Positions 11,770 through 27,805 are shown, numbered from the stretch's first letter. The stretch is 64,000 bases of DNA from an uncultured delta proteobacterium (GCA_963847445.1 CAWJZV010000028.1:1-64000); one strand, 5' to 3'. Notes: a model not told the origin generated them from the sequence alone. A program made the numbers and translations.

Positions 11770-13127
11770 CTGAAGCCGAATCGCAATCGTGTTCTCATCA
11801 TGGGCGCGGCGGGGCGGGATTTTCACAATTTCAATGTTTGCTTTCGCGACGATGCCGCAGTTCGAAGTCATGGCGTTCACCGCCGCGCAGATTCCCGGCA
11901 TCGCCGGCACGGCGCTATCCCGCCGACCTCAGCGGCGCGCTCTATCCCGACGGGATTCCAATTTATCCCGAAGAAGACTTAGAAAAGCTGCTGCGCGATT
12001 TGCACATCCAGCAGGTGGTATTCGCCTACAGCGACCTATCTCATGTCGCGCGTCATGCACATCGCCTCGCGCGTCCTGGCCTGCGGCGCTGATTTTCGCT
12101 TGATCGGACCCGAGCGCAGTTCTCTGACGATCATCGCGCCCGGTGATTTCCGTCTGTGCAGTGCGCACCGGCTGCGGGCAAAGACTCGGTGGTTCGACGC
12201 ATCGCGGCAATTTTGAAACAGCGCAAGCTTAACCCCGTCGTCGTGCGCCATCCGATGCCCTACGGCGATCTCGCTGCCCAAGCGGTGCAACGCTTCGCCT
12301 CGGTGGAAGACTGCGACCGCCACAACTGCACCATCGAGGAGCGCGAAGAATACGAACAACATATAAGGGAAGGCGTGATCGTTTTCGCCGGCGTCGATTA
12401 CGCGCCGCATTCTCGCCGCAGCGGAGAAAGAAGCCGATGTCATTCTCTGGGACGGCGGCAACAATGACTGGCCGTTTTTTCGCTCCGATCTGGAAATCGT
12501 CGTGCTCGATCCGCACCGCGCCGGCCATGAGCTGCTCTATCATCCCGGCGAAACCAATTTCCGCCGCGCCCATGTGTTGATCGTCAACAAGATCGATTCC
12601 GCGCCGGTGACCGGAGTCGAGCAAGTGATGGCCAATATCGCGGCGATCAATCCGCGCGCGACGGTGATCCAAGCGCGCTCGAACATCACGGTCGATAAGC
12701 CGGAGCTGATCACCGGCAAACGCGTGTTGGTCATCGAAGACGGCCCGACGCTGACCCACGGCGAAATGGCCTACGGTTCGGGAATCATCGCCGCCCACAA
12801 ACACGGCGCGGCGGAAATCGTCGACCCGAGACCTAGCGCGCGCGGCAGTTTGGCCGAAACCTTCGAACACTTTCCCTTGGTCGGCCGAGCGTTGCCAGCG
12901 ATGGGGTATTCTCAATCTCAACTGGACGATCTCGCGGCAACGATCGCGTGCACACCGTGCGACAGTATCGTCGTCGCCACGCCGGTGGATTTGGCCCGGC
13001 TGATTAGATTACCCAAACCGCACTGCCGCGTGCGCTATGATTTGGCAGAAATCAGCCATCCCGACTTGAGTGAAATATTGACGAGTTTTCTAGGCGCGCG
13101 CATCGATCTCTCAAGCCATCGTGAACC

Positions 13128-13131
<4 letters not shown>
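11770..13131 (+). CDS. cDPG-synthetase-like predicted GTPase (COG2403 type), frameshifted; start approximate
   Basis: IMGAAGRDFHNFN, RTGCGK, RHPMPYGDL, TIEEREEYE, WDGGNND, EDGPTLTHG, LPAMGY. Confidence 0.85.
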
Positions 13132-15824
<2,693 letters not shown>

Positions 15825-15856
15825 ACCAGATTGGCGCAAACCCTGCGCGTGCAACG

Positions 15857-18413
15857 ATGACTAGCCAGTCTAACGATATCCCGCCCAGCGGACTTTCGAC
15901 CCAAGAAGTCGAGGAGCGACTGCGGCTCCACGGTTACAACGAGCTTCCCTCCTCCAACCGCCGCGGCACCTTCGCCATTGCGCTTAGCGTTGCGCGCGAG
16001 CCGATGTTTTCGCTGCTCATCGCCGCCAGCATTATCTATTTGACTCTCGGCGACTTGCGGGAAGCGCTCATTCTCGCTGCTTCAATCTTGGTCATCATGG
16101 CGATCACGATATTTCAAGAGCGCAAAACCGAGCGGGCGCTGGAGGCGCTGCGAGATTTTTCCAGTCCGCGCGCGCTCGTCATCCGCGACGGCGAACAGAA
16201 ACGCATCGCCGGGCGCGAGGTCGTTGCCGACGATATTTTGCTGCTCACCGAGGGCGATCGCGTTCCCGCTGACGCCATCGTCCTGTCTTGTAACGACCTC
16301 GCGGTGGACGAATCCTTACTGACGGGGGAATCTGTGCCGGTGCGCAAGGCGGCGTGGGACGGCAAACAGGAAATCGCTCGCCCCGGCGGCGATGATTTAC
16401 CCTTCGTCTATTCCGGCACGATGCTCGTCCAGGGCCGCGGCGTCGCCAGGGTTCATGCCACCGGCGCGCGAAGCGAAATTGGTAAAATCGGCAAGGCGCT
16501 GCAAACGCTGGAAACCGACGAGACTTTCCTGCAAAAGAAGTCCGCCAGGCTGATCCGTAATCTAGCCGCGGTGGGGCTCTCGCTGTGCGCCTTGGCGGTG
16601 ATTCTCTACGGATTGACGCGCGGCAACTGGATGCAAGGATTGCTGGTCGGCATCGCTCTCGCCATGGCTCTGCTCCCTGAAGAAATTCCCGTCGTGCTCA
16701 CGGTTTTTCTCGCCCTCGGCGCTTGGCGCATGTCGCAGAAACGGGTTCTCACCCGGCGCATGCCGGCCATCGAAACTCTCGGTTCGGCAACCGTTCTGTG
16801 CGTCGACAAGACCGGCACGCTGACCCTCAACCGCATGTCGGTCGGGCAAACTCTTTGCCGACGGGGATTTCTATGAGGTGGACACAACCCAGGACAAAAC
16901 ATTGCCTCAGAAGTTTCACGAACTGGTGCGTTTCTCGGTTCTCGCCAGCGAGACCGATCCCTTCGACCCGATGGAAAAAGCTTTCAAGGAAGTCGGTGAC
17001 CGATATCTCGATCACGGCGCGAGATTTAAAGATTGGACCCTGGCGCACGAGTACTCTCTCGCACCGGATCTGCTGGCACTCTCCCATGTTTGGCAATCAT
17101 CGAGCAGCGAACAGTACGCCATCGCCACCAAGGGCGCGCCGGAAGCGGTGGCGGATCTTTGTCACTTCGATCCCGAACAACGCGCCGCGCTCGCGACCCA
17201 GGTCGACAGCATAGCGGCGGACGGCTTGCGGGTTCTGGGTGTTGCGCGCGGCGCTTTTTCCGGCGGCAGCTGGCCAGCCAGCCAGCATGATTTTGATTTC
17301 AAGTTTCTCGGCCTCATCGGCCTATCCGATCCGGTGCGACCTGCGGTTCCGGCCGCAATCAAGGCGTGTCGCCAGGCCGGAATCAAAGTCGTCATGATTA
17401 CCGGCGACTATCCCTCCACCGCGCAGGCCATCGCGCGTAAGATCGGCCTGGAATCGGGGCAAGCGAGATTCTTATCGGCGCCGACCTCGAACGACATGGC
17501 GGAAGGCGAACTGCGCCGCCGCATCGGCGTCACCCATGTCTTCGCCCGGGTTCTACCCGAACAAAAATTGAAACTGGTGGAGGCGTTCAAAGCCAACGGC
17601 GAGATCGTGGCGATGACCGGCGACGGCGTCAACGACGCGCCGGCGCTAAAGGCCGCGCATATCGGTATCGCCATGGGCGGGCGCGGCACGGACGTGGCGC
17701 GCGAGGCAGCGTCACTCGTGATACTCGACGACGACTTCGCCACCATCGTTGATGCCGTTCGCTCGGGCCGGCGCATCTTTGATAATCTGCAGAAAGCCCT
17801 GGGGTTTATTTTCTCCATCCATGTGCCGATCGCCGGGCTGGCGCTGGTGCCGCTGATTCTCGACTGGCCGCTCGTGCTCTCCCCGGTGCACATCGTTTTT
17901 CTCGAACTGATCATCGATCCGGCCTGTTCGATCGCCTTTGAAGCCGAGCCGGAAGAATCGGATGTCATGAACCGGCCGCCGCGGGATCCGCAGGAACCGC
18001 TCTTCAGCGTTAGAAAGATCTGCTCCAGCCTGCTGCAAGGATCGATTGTCTTGCTTGCCGTATTGGCGGTTCTGGGGTTTGCGCTTTACCGAGGCCACAG
18101 TGAAGCGGCGGCACGCGCAGCGAGCTTCGTCACTTTAGTGCTTGGCATGCTCGGCTTGATCTTCGCGAACCGCTCTATCTCGCGGCATGCTTTCGCCATG
18201 TTGCGCACGCCCAACCGCGCTCTTTGGTGGGTCGTCAGCGGCGGACTGATCTTTCTCGCTGCGGTTCTCTACGTGCCCTATCTGCGCGAGGTTTTCCGTT
18301 TCGCCAGCTTGCCCGCCAGTGATTTGGCCATTTGTCTGGGCGCCGGAGTCTTTAGCGCTTTCTGGTTCGAGATCGTCAAGTTCGCCCGTATGGCGCGCCG
18401 AGACGAGATCTAA
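15857..18413 (+). CDS. Second cation-transporting P-type ATPase (frameshift near 16850)
   Basis: LTGES, LPEEIP, DKTGT, KGAPE, TGDGVND, IIDPAC. Confidence 0.9.
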
Positions 18414-18572
18414 GCAAGCATATCGCGGGAGATTATCGCCAAAAATACTGGTCAAACAAAACCTATGGTCAATTTTTTACTGGAGAATTTCTCAACCATT
18501 CGGTATAGACTATAAATCGTCAGCAAACCGATGGAACATTGTCCATCGACATCGACCGGAAGGAAATAATTC

Positions 18573-19184
18573 TTGGCAACCTACGCAGTCGCTACCGTCA
18601 TCGTTTTGACGTATAATTCTGATCGGCCTATTGCTGCTGCGGCCTTCCATCACGGCAGCGCAAGGAGGCAAAATTGTCGCCTTCCTTGCCTTCTTCATCC
18701 TGCCGATCGTCGCGACGGTCTTGGGCACATCGATTCATTTAGAGAACTCGACGACAACGCAGTTTTGCTTGTCTTGCCACGTCATGGAGGCCCACGGCCA
18801 GAGCCTTTACATCGATGACCCGAACTATGTTCCGGCTGCCCATTTCCAAAACAACCGTATCCCGAAAGATCACGCGTGCTTCACGTGCCATACCGACTAC
18901 ACCCTATTCGGCGACGTCAATGCCAAGATGCGCGGTTTGAAGCATATTTATGTGTATTACTTCAAAGCCCACACCGGCAAAACTGGCGCTTTACGAACCG
19001 TTCAAGAACCGCGAATGCTTGCATTGCCATGCCAACGGGCAGATCCTACGAAGACAGCTCGCCGCACAAGGAAATGAAAGAACAGTTGACCAGTAACGAG
19101 ATGTCCTGCTTGACCTGCCACACAAAGATTCACGACGTGGCCAACATCGACAAAACCAAAAAGTGGAAAGGGCCGGGGGCATGA
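18573..19184 (+). CDS. NapC/NirT-type membrane tetraheme cytochrome c, frameshifted
   Basis: N-terminal TMs; CLSCH, CFTCH, CLHCH, CLTCH across frames. Confidence 0.8.
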
Positions 19185-19374
19185 CGGACGAGCGCATCGC
19201 GCTTGCAGCGCAAACTGAAGACAGCAGCTTACTTATTAATCGCCGGTCTGGCGGTTGAAGGGATCATCGCTCAACTGGGCTCATCCGACGAGCTTTTTAC
19301 TTTTCATCATTCTCGGCGGCATTCTCGTCGTGGCTGGCATAGCGATCTATCTCATCGCTCTTGTCACCGCATGA
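19181..19374 (+). CDS. Small two-TM membrane protein coupled to the NapC-like gene
   Basis: ATGA overlap; AAYLLIAGLAVEG...HPTSFLLFIILGGILVVAGIAIYL, one frameshift. Confidence 0.6.
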
Positions 19375-19461
19375 GGTCAACGTCGAGCAGGGACACTAAG
19401 GCCGCGCGGCGACGTCCTCCCAACGGGGCGTGACGATTGCTCGTCGTGAGCAGCCGGTTAT

Positions 19462-19794
19462 TTAGCCAAGGTTCGCGTATAAACCAAGGCCTGCTTTTGC
19501 TCCTCTTTGGTCAGCTTCGAAGCGCGGCATTTTCCCTGCGCCTTCGGCGATTAGTTTCAGCAATTGCTCGTCAGACTTCTTTTTGGTTTCGGCACCGACG
19601 ATATTCAGGCCTTTCTCGAAGCCTGGTATTTTCGCCATCTTCTCATTGCCTTTGCCGTCCGCACCGTGGCACCCGGCGCAAGATTTTTCGTAGACCGCTT
19701 TGCCGCCGTCAGCTTCACCCGCCATGGCCGGCGAAAGCTGCCCAGCCGCAATCCATAACCCCATGATTGTCAAACCAATTTTATATCTCATCAC
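19462..19794 (-). CDS. Monoheme periplasmic cytochrome c
   Basis: Signal peptide, CAGCHG, distal GKMP. Confidence 0.85.
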   Translation of the reverse strand: MMRYKIGLTIMGLWIAAGQLSPAMAGEADGGKAVYEKSCAGCHGADGKGNEKMAKIPGFEKGLNIVGAETKKKSDEQLLKLIAEGAGKMPRFEADQRGAKAGLGLYANLG

Positions 19795-19977
19795 GATTCC
19801 TTCCTTTCCTTTTTCAACAACTAAGACTTAATCAGTCGCGCTTGCACCGATTCGGGGCCGCACCGTCTGCAAATTGGACGCCGTCAACCGCGAAACAATT
19901 CAAATGCATCACCCATTTCTTATTGCTGGCTGGTGATCGGCCTGCGCTCGCCTGTTAGTTTCTGACCCCGCATCGAG

Positions 19978-21079
19978 TTACTTCGTCGGACTCATCGTAT
20001 AGCCAAGATAGGTAAGCACAACCGAATAAACAATCAACAGCAGGCCAAACCCGGCAGCCAAGCGGCTCGAGGTTTTAACGTTGGCCGCTCTGCGGTCAAG
20101 AAATGGCATGGCGATCAAGATCAGCCCGATGATGCCGAAGCCGAGAACACCCAAAAGCTCACCCTCGATGCCGAGAATATGCGCCGGCAACAGTTTCAGC
20201 GTTTGAAACATCGCCATGAAATACCATTCGGGCTTGATGCCGATGGGCGCCGGCTGGAATGGGTCGGCCTTCTTACCCAACTCCGCTGGGAAATAAGCCG
20301 CCAAAGCCGCGAGCACGCCGAGGGCACAGAGCCATCCGACCAAATCGCGCAGAAAAGAAATTCGGGAAAAAAGGCATCGATCGCTTCTCCGCGCCGTCGC
20401 CTTCCGCTCGGCGGCCGGCTCATGCCGTGTTTCTGCACCAGGAAAAGATGGAGCCCAAGGACGACGGTCACGAGCGCCGGCAGGATCGCCACATGGATGC
20501 CGTAAAATCGCGTCAGGGTCGCCCCGGTGACTTCGTTGCCGCCGCGCAACAGGCGGCGCAAGAACGGCCCGATCACCGGCACTACTCCGGGGATCTCGGT
20601 GCCCACACGAGTGGCAAAATATGCCAGCTCATTCCACGGCAATAGGTATCCGGTAAAGCCAAACGCCAGACTCAGACCGAGCAAGCCCGCACCCGAGAGC
20701 CACGTCATTTCGCGCGGGCGCCGGTAGGCATTGAGCAGCAACGCGCTGAACAGGTGAATGAACATGGCGAAGATCATCAAATTGGCCGACCAGGAATGAA
20801 TCGAGCGCACCAGCCAACCGAACTGCGACCTCGGTCATGATGAACTGGATCGACTCGAAAGCCTCGCCGGCGCTGGGGCGATAGTAGAGCAACAGCAGAA
20901 TGCCGGTGGCGACCTGAATCGTGAACAGAGAACAGCGTCATGCCGCCGAAATAATACCAAAAGGTGTGACGGTGCAGCGGTACCTCTTTCTTTTTGGCGA
21001 GCTTGGCAAAATCGCTCAGCCCAATCCGTTCATCGAGCCAGAGATAGAGTTTGCCGCGCTTTGGGCTGTCGTGTTCCAT
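19978..21079 (-). CDS. Cytochrome b of a bc/b6f-type complex (b and subunit IV fused), frameshifted
   Basis: [39 protein letters not shown]. Confidence 0.9.
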
Positions 21080-21083
21080 CCGC

Positions 21084-21546
21084 TTAGCCCCTCTTACTGA
21101 CGACGATTTGGTCGGCACGGACGTTCACCACAAACTGTTCCAATGGCTTGGGCGGGGGACCTTCGACATTCCTGCCGTTGAGATCAAAATGGCCGTTATG
21201 ACAAGCACACCAGACATGGCTGATGTCTGAGCGATATTGCACGATACACGCCAGATGCGTGCACACCGCGGAAAACGCTTTCAGCTCGCCATTGGTGTCT
21301 TTAACTAAAATCCCCGCCTGGCTGCCGAAACGGAAAATCTGTCCGCTGTTGGCTTTCACGTCATTCGGCTTAATGCGCCAAAGTTACGGTGCTCGACGTT
21401 GATTCTTCCACTTCAGGCGGAATCATAAATCTGCTCAACGGATAGATTACCGAAACTAAAAAAGCCCCCGCCGTGGTACTTAAGAACCAGTTGAGCAAGT
21501 TTCTCCGTCCATGATCGACGGCTAGAGAGGTTTCATCATTGGCCAT
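21084..21546 (-). CDS. Rieske 2Fe-2S protein, frameshifted
   Basis: Tat-like RRNLL anchor; CTHLAC and CACHNG. Confidence 0.9.
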
Positions 21547-21560
21547 GGCAGAACACTTCC

Positions 21561-22865
21561 TTATTCGGCTATTTCGCGTTTCCGCTCCATTTGGCGGATC
21601 TTGAGAATCAGACCGACGACGAGCGCAAAGATAATCAACGCCGAAATCGCCAAGCCTTTGCGGCGAAATTGCAACTCATCAAGTGCTTTTAAACCTCGGG
21701 CATGCGCCTTCTCGGCGACTTTTAATCCAGGCCCGACTTCCTTGTCGAGAATCGTCTGGTCAAAGCCATGGATCGCCGCGCGCGCTTTAACCAACGAAGT
21801 CTTCGCGTCATTCAGCTCGAATAACGGCTGGCTCACTTCCATGCCGGCATGCTCGGCAGTGGCGAGAAGCGCATGGGCTTTTTCATAACCCTGCTTCAGA
21901 CGCTCGATCGAAGCGAGCATACTGGCAGCTAGCGTTGCGCCCGACGACGCCGCCGGATGACAAGTCGCGCAAGCGGATTTGTCGCCGGCGCCGAGCATGG
22001 CATCGCCGGCTTCATGGATCGCGTGATTGCTATGGCAGCTGGCGCAACCTGGGATTCCCATCTGCGCGAAGATCTTGCTATGGCCACTCTTATTGAAGAG
22101 TTCCGAGTTAACCGCATGGCACTGGCCGCAAACGTTCACCACTGAAGATACTCCCGGCGGCGCGGCGCCATGGTTACCGTGACAATCGTTGCAGGTCGGC
22201 GCCGACAGATCGCCCTTAGCCGTCATCATCTTCCAGTGCACGCTTTGCTTGTATTTATCGACTTGGTCGGTGGGTATCTTGTAGGATGCCATGTAATCTT
22301 TATTAGCGTGACAAGAGCCACAGGTATCGGCGACGCGCGTCGGATGGACCGAGGAGCGCGCATCGTTGGCCGGCCGGATCGAATGGGGCCTATGGCAACT
22401 GGCGCAAGTTGCGACTTTAGGATCTTTCAGCTCTTTGAGCCGCTTGCCGTGCACCGAGGTGTAATATTCCGCCACTTGATCGACGCGCAAACTCGGGTTG
22501 TACTTGCGCATGAATGCGCCGTCGGCATGGCACTTGCCACACATCTCGACGACCTGCCCCCCCGCAGGTTTGCCGATGTAGCCTTTCTTGCGGTCCATGC
22601 CCTCCAACCCCATGATGCTCGGATCGCCGCCGTGGCAGGATGCGCAGCCAAAACCTTTAACGGCATGGATATCGGATTTGTAATCTTCGGCGGGCTTGGT
22701 GAGATTGGCAATGCCGAGAGCTAGATGGCAGGTCGCGCAGTTGTCGTTTTCACTGGGCGACGCTGCAAGACCGACCCCGCCGCCGGAGCAGAGTAAGACA
22801 GTCAGGGCAAAATAAACAATTAAGCCAAGTCCCATGCGCCGATGCATCCGCCCTTCGCATACCAC
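21561..22865 (-). CDS. Nonaheme cytochrome c with C-terminal membrane anchor
   Basis: 9 CxxCH motifs counted; signal peptide; C-terminal TM. Confidence 0.9.
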   Translation of the reverse strand: MVCEGRMHRRMGLGLIVYFALTVLLCSGGGVGLAASPSENDNCATCHLALGIANLTKPAEDYKSDIHAVKGFGCASCHGGDPSIMGLEGMDRKKGYIGKPAGGQVVEMCGKCHADGAFMRKYNPSLRVDQVAEYYTSVHGKRLKELKDPKVATCASCHRPHSIRPANDARSSVHPTRVADTCGSCHANKDYMASYKIPTDQVDKYKQSVHWKMMTAKGDLSAPTCNDCHGNHGAAPPGVSSVVNVCGQCHAVNSELFNKSGHSKIFAQMGIPGCASCHSNHAIHEAGDAMLGAGDKSACATCHPAASSGATLAASMLASIERLKQGYEKAHALLATAEHAGMEVSQPLFELNDAKTSLVKARAAIHGFDQTILDKEVGPGLKVAEKAHARGLKALDELQFRRKGLAISALIIFALVVGLILKIRQMERKREIAE

Positions 22866-22960
22866 CGCAACAATTGATCCGGCACCCTGATGTTAGCCGA
22901 TCGAGCGATTTCGCAATGTTCAGGATCACACTCATTTAAGAATGGCGATCTTGTCAAAGT

Positions 22961-25262
22961 TTAAAACTTGAACCCCACTCCCAAAAAACCGATATGAGCC
23001 TGATAAGCCCCCTTGCCTTTATCGCCGAGAAAAATTGAACGGCCAATTGAGCTATTGAAATTAGGCGCGCCACCAGGCGTTTCCTCATCGCCCATCCACA
23101 GCTTCATGATATCGACGCCCCGATCCTTGCTGCTGTAGCTGCTAAAATAATAACCCAACTTCAGCGAAATATTCTTATGCAAGAAGTACTCGGCGCGCGC
23201 CAAAAACTCGTGCCAGCGATTAACGATGGTCGGGTAGTCTGTCGCGGGAACAACGCCGGTATCACCAGAGGCCGGGCTATTACCGCTTGAGTGGACTGCG
23301 CTGCTGCCGAAAGAGAAACCGTAATGAAAACGCAGGTTCAGCACGTCCTTGATGACCCGCATTTCCGAGCCAAGTTTGATGCTATGAATCTCGTCGTTGC
23401 CTCTGCTTCTCCAAGTCGCTGCCGGGCAGTTCTCGACGGTTCGCGCTTCCAGATCGGGACATCCCCCCGCCCCAGTGTTTCTCGCGATCGATTGCATTCT
23501 CCAATCAAAGCGCTCCCAGTTGTAATCACTGAAAACAGACAGCCAATCCAGCGGTGCGTAGACAAGCCCCACGGACGGCGCGTAATCGATGTCCCTTTGA
23601 ACTCCGATTACCGTGCGCGGATAGCGATCTTTAGTAAAATCAAATCCACCGTGGAGAGTCACGGTTTCCGAAGGTGAGACTTGGGTGAAGAAACTGAACT
23701 TATCGCGCGTCCTCGCGGCCTCATCGAACTTGCGCAATTCTTCAAGTCGAGCCAGCCGAATATCCTCCGGGGTTTCGCCAATTTCTATGACCGCATTACG
23801 TCCAGCGTCATAATCGTGGGCGTCTCGCAGCGAGCGCCTATAACTGAGTCGGACAAGCGACCATGCCGCCGGTTTGATATCGAGCGTTGGCCCGAAACTA
23901 TGCTCGTTCGAATTGAGCAATTCGCGGGCATACGAGCGATGCATCCGTTCCCATCCGTAACTCATCTTTGCCGTGAGCCAGCGGGCAATTTTATACGAAG
24001 CGTCGAAGCCAACATTCTGCTTCGCGTAGGAATACGGGTACGAATAATACTCGTTGCCGCTCGCCGCTCCCTGATCGTTGACGATGATGCCGTCCGGCAA
24101 AAGCACGCGCTTACTGCGGTTGTCGAAGTCGTAGTATCTGTAGATCGCCTTCAGCCCCACGTCCTTGAAAAAATCATTGACTAACGTCGCGTTGATCATC
24201 GTCGGCCGCACGTCGCCATTGAGACTACCGCGGCTGATCGATGGTTGGGCCACCGCGCTGTTTACCGTAAAGGGTATAAAATTATCGTTCTGCAATCTCC
24301 AACCGTAAGAGAAAGTGCTCATGAGGTTAGTCTTGAACGGCAGGTTAGCGGTGCCGGTCAAGGTAAACATGTGCGCCTGATTGCTCGGGTACATGTCAAA
24401 ACGGCCACGACAAGGGCCCGTTCCCGGCGCATAGACTGCAGAGTCGACGCACGCGGAGCCAACACCGGAGGTATTGAGCGGATTGTCCCAAGTCAGAGTG
24501 CTGGTGTTGTTATGGAACAGTGACCCGTTGTACTTAAGTCCCAAGGACCAGCCTTTTCCGGCATATTCGCCGCCGAGCTCAACATTGTGCGTCTGGTAAT
24601 CGATCGGCTCGACCAGCTCGGTAATATTGTAGTTGCCCGGACTCGGGCCGAAATAAGCCCCGAATGCGCGCTTGCCCGCGGTATTTTGCGAGCCGTAGCC
24701 GCCGGTAAAAGTCCATCCAGGAGTCGGCGTGTAGCGCAAGTTAAATTTGGCTAAACCGTTATACAATTTGAGATCGACCGGCTTGCGCGTTTGCGTTAAC
24801 CCAATCGCGCATGTTGGCGCCGGTAGTTCCGCCGGGTTTGCTTGACAAGGTGTAATCCCCGTTATTCATGGTATACGGGGTGCGCGCATTGTCGACGTTA
24901 AAGAGATGCGGTATCTGGTCCCAGACAAACTCTAGATCTAACAAACCATGACGTCCCGCGCGTAGCCGGTAACTCTGATCGTTGAGACCGGTTTTCAGCG
25001 AGCCCAGTTCAAGATAGAAATCATTCTTTTTGCTATCGAGAAACAGTTCAAGCTGCGGCACTATAAGAGTTTCGGGCAGGTCACGATACTCTTCGAGTTT
25101 TGAAAGACCGCCGCTTCTGTGCCTTGGCATGCCGCCAACTTCGCCCGACCCACTGATCGTATAATCTCCCACATCAACTTGCGCCCGGGACGGAGAAACC
25201 AGAGACAGGCATACCACCGCACAGATGCTCAAAATCAAAGTCGCTGTGCGTTTCATCTTCAA
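22961..25262 (-). CDS. MtrB/PioB family outer-membrane beta-barrel porin (frameshift near 24780)
   Basis: KLEEYRDL N-terminus, EPIDYQT, PSNQAH, C-terminal Phe; directly downstream of a decaheme cytochrome. Confidence 0.88.
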
Positions 25263-25271
25263 CCTCCTTCC

Positions 25272-26241
25272 CTAGCGCGTGTAGAATTTGCCGGACGGAT
25301 GATTGCTGCCGTGAACCTGACTATGACAATTCGTACAACTTCTATTGAAAGCAAAAACCGACGGTCCGACGGTGGGCGACAGCGGCTTTAAGGGCCGCGG
25401 AGTTCCGGGGTGCCTGGTAGCGATATGACAAGACGTGCAAACCCGCGGGTCGGTGACTTTCAAAAGTCTGTCATTTACCGAACCATGCGGCTCGTGACAG
25501 TTGCTGCAACCCTCCATCACCGGCGGGTGTTCCCAAAGGAAAGGACCGCGTCTTTCGGCATGACAGGTGTAGCAATTTTCATTGACGCTGGTCTGCTTGA
25601 GCATGAGAAGGGTTGGGGCTGCCATGCGGGTTGTGGCAGTCGGAACAGACGATCTTCCCTTCTCTCATCGGCATGTGCGAGGAACGCATCAATTGAGCTT
25701 TGCGCTGAAGGTGGCACTGACCGCAGACTTCGATTTCTGCGCGATTGATGCCAAAGGGACTTACGTCGGTAAGCTTTGCCAGTTGCTTGCCGCTGGTTTT
25801 TTCCATCAAGGTGTGGCAGTTGACGCAAGCGATACCCCGGCTAGCGTGCGGGCTCGCCTCCCAGTAGGTTTGAATCCCTCGTTGATGGCAGCCCAAGCAA
25901 GCTTGGTTTTGGACCTTGACGGACTCACCCGAGTTTTTGCGAAAAGTGATTAGTCCGCCCACACCTTTGCCGCCGCCGGCGGCGACGTGATTGCTGCCGG
26001 GACCGTGACAGTTTTCGCAGGCCCGCGTCTCAGTCTCGTTGCGCGCATTGAAGAGAAAAATCTTGCCCATTTGCGTCTGGGAAAACTTTTCGAAGGCGGG
26101 AGCGTGACAGGCCTTGCAAACTTCATTGCCGACATAAGTAGCGGGACCTGACTTGGGCGCCTCCTTCTCCGCTGACAACGCCAATTGTGAAAGGCCAAGC
26201 AACAGTAAGCCGGCTACCATCAAGAAAAAATTTCTCCTCAT
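25272..26241 (-). CDS. DmsE/MtrA/PioA family decaheme cytochrome c (frameshift near 25620)
   Basis: 10 CxxCH across two frames; RGPFLWEHPPV; CTNCHSQVHGSNHPSG. Confidence 0.92.
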
Positions 26242-26295
26242 GACTTCCCCACTTAACGCGCCGAAGAAAGGATTTGAACTTTAGGTTGACAATGG

Positions 26296-26343
26296 CTTAT
26301 AACATTGAGACTTCGCGCCCGTCTATGGGTCAATCGGCCCACG
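26296..26343 (-). promoter_or_regulatory. Operator palindrome plus putative -10 element, copy A
   Basis: 19-nt atgggtcaatcggcccacg (26325-26343) and cttataacat (26296-26305); both repeated with the same spacing at 29344-29391. Confidence 0.65.
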
Positions 26344-26695
26344 TTCACGCCGCGTCTCCACCTCTAGCAGGCATGTTTTTGCAACCCCCGTGCGGAATTC
26401 TACGCGTGCGGACAACTATTGGGGTCCAAGTCGTAAATCGCCGCTTAGACGCGATTTCGCAACCTGGTTTTGTCGGGATGGTTTTTCGATTGGGTGTTGG
26501 AGAATGGCCGGACTTATGAGCGAATACGACGCAACTTCTTTATCGGTCCTGGCTCAAGCGCAAACGCCAGCACCGGCTGTTGCACTGAACCCGCCACGGC
26601 AGAGATCTTATAACTGAAGCCGCGACGCTTGCGTGCGCATGCTTTGCTCAACCCAGTATAAACTTCAACTGCCGCGCAGGCGTCGACCTCGGCGT

Positions 26696-27805
26696 CTAAG
26701 GACGCTTGGAATCGTCGAAGTTTTTGTCCAGAGCCTTCAACGAGTCCATCAAAATCTGCACGGCATAGGTCATGTTGTGGACGCCCTTGCTGCGATCTTC
26801 GAGAACGAACTTGTAGTTATAAAGCGCGGCCACGGCGTCGACCGGGTATTGCGTCTTGGTATTGACGAACTTGCCCTTGGCGTTGTACATCGGCTCCTTC
26901 ATCGTCTGCAAAAGTCCGCTGCCTTTGTCGTTGACGAACTTCTCCAATAATCCTTGGACCTCTTCCTGCGCGGACTCCACCTTGCCGTCGCCGTCGTAAT
27001 CCTGCGCCGAGGCCTTGTCGAAATAGTGCGTGCCCTTCACTTGAGTCATCGTCGCGTGACAGCCGGAGTTGGTGCAGCCCGCAGTATTGACTTTGTGCTC
27101 TTCATGGACTTCGCCGGCGATGCGAAAACTATGGCCGCCCACTGATGGCGCTAGAGAATAGCGACCGCCCGGCAGACTCATGTGACAAGTCACGCAATTG
27201 GCGTTGGGCAGAGCCGTATGCACTGAGCTTGCGTATTTTTTTCCGGTGAATTCATAAGCGTTGGTGCCCGCTAGCATGTCAGCCTGGGGACCATGGTGCG
27301 CGCCCCAACTATCAGTGGGGATATTCCGGGCGCGGACTTCGTCTTTGGGCATGCGCCGGGCGCGGTGGCAATTTGCGCATAGGTTGCTTTTATCTTTGTC
27401 GAACGTTGCACCATTGGCGAGCGTCACCTTGCTCGTCATGCGCAGGGCGAAGTTGCCGCTATCATGCGGCGCATGGCAGGTGAAACAGCCGATCTCCGAA
27501 GGATTGGCGACGAATTTTTTCGCGTCGACCTTGCCGGTTTTAGCCCGTTGAACAAACCCTTCATTGGTATGACAACCTTGGCAATCATCGGCGTTGGCGT
27601 AGCTGGCATTGCCGAGCGTCCGGTGCCCGGAGGTCTGATATTGGCTACGAATGCCGCGCACGGGAAACTTCGGCTCCGAGCCATGGCAGTCGACACAGTC
27701 TTTGGGAAGAATACTGTTTTGCGCCTGTGAATCTGCAATAGTCCAGCCTAACAGACAAAGCAGAAAGCTCCCGACAACGGTTCCATACCAATGAATTCTG
27801 GTCAT
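26696..27805 (-). CDS. Exported multiheme cytochrome c (5 CxxCH + 1 CX4CH)
   Basis: CVDCH, CQGCH, CFTCH, CANCH, CVTCH, CTNSGCH; C-terminal DRSKGVHNxxY. Confidence 0.85.
   Translation of the reverse strand: MTRIHWYGTVVGSFLLCLLGWTIADSQAQNSILPKDCVDCHGSEPKFPVRGIRSQYQTSGHRTLGNASYANADDCQGCHTNEGFVQRAKTGKVDAKKFVANPSEIGCFTCHAPHDSGNFALRMTSKVTLANGATFDKDKSNLCANCHRARRMPKDEVRARNIPTDSWGAHHGPQADMLAGTNAYEFTGKKYASSVHTALPNANCVTCHMSLPGGRYSLAPSVGGHSFRIAGEVHEEHKVNTAGCTNSGCHATMTQVKGTHYFDKASAQDYDGDGKVESAQEEVQGLLEKFVNDKGSGLLQTMKEPMYNAKGKFVNTKTQYPVDAVAALYNYKFVLEDRSKGVHNMTYAVQILMDSLKALDKNFDDSKRP

Noticed and set aside
26328-26333. TTGACC in the repeated 19-mer as a sigma70 -35
   Set aside because: Spacing to the conserved TATAAG is 26 nt, too long; better read as part of an operator palindrome
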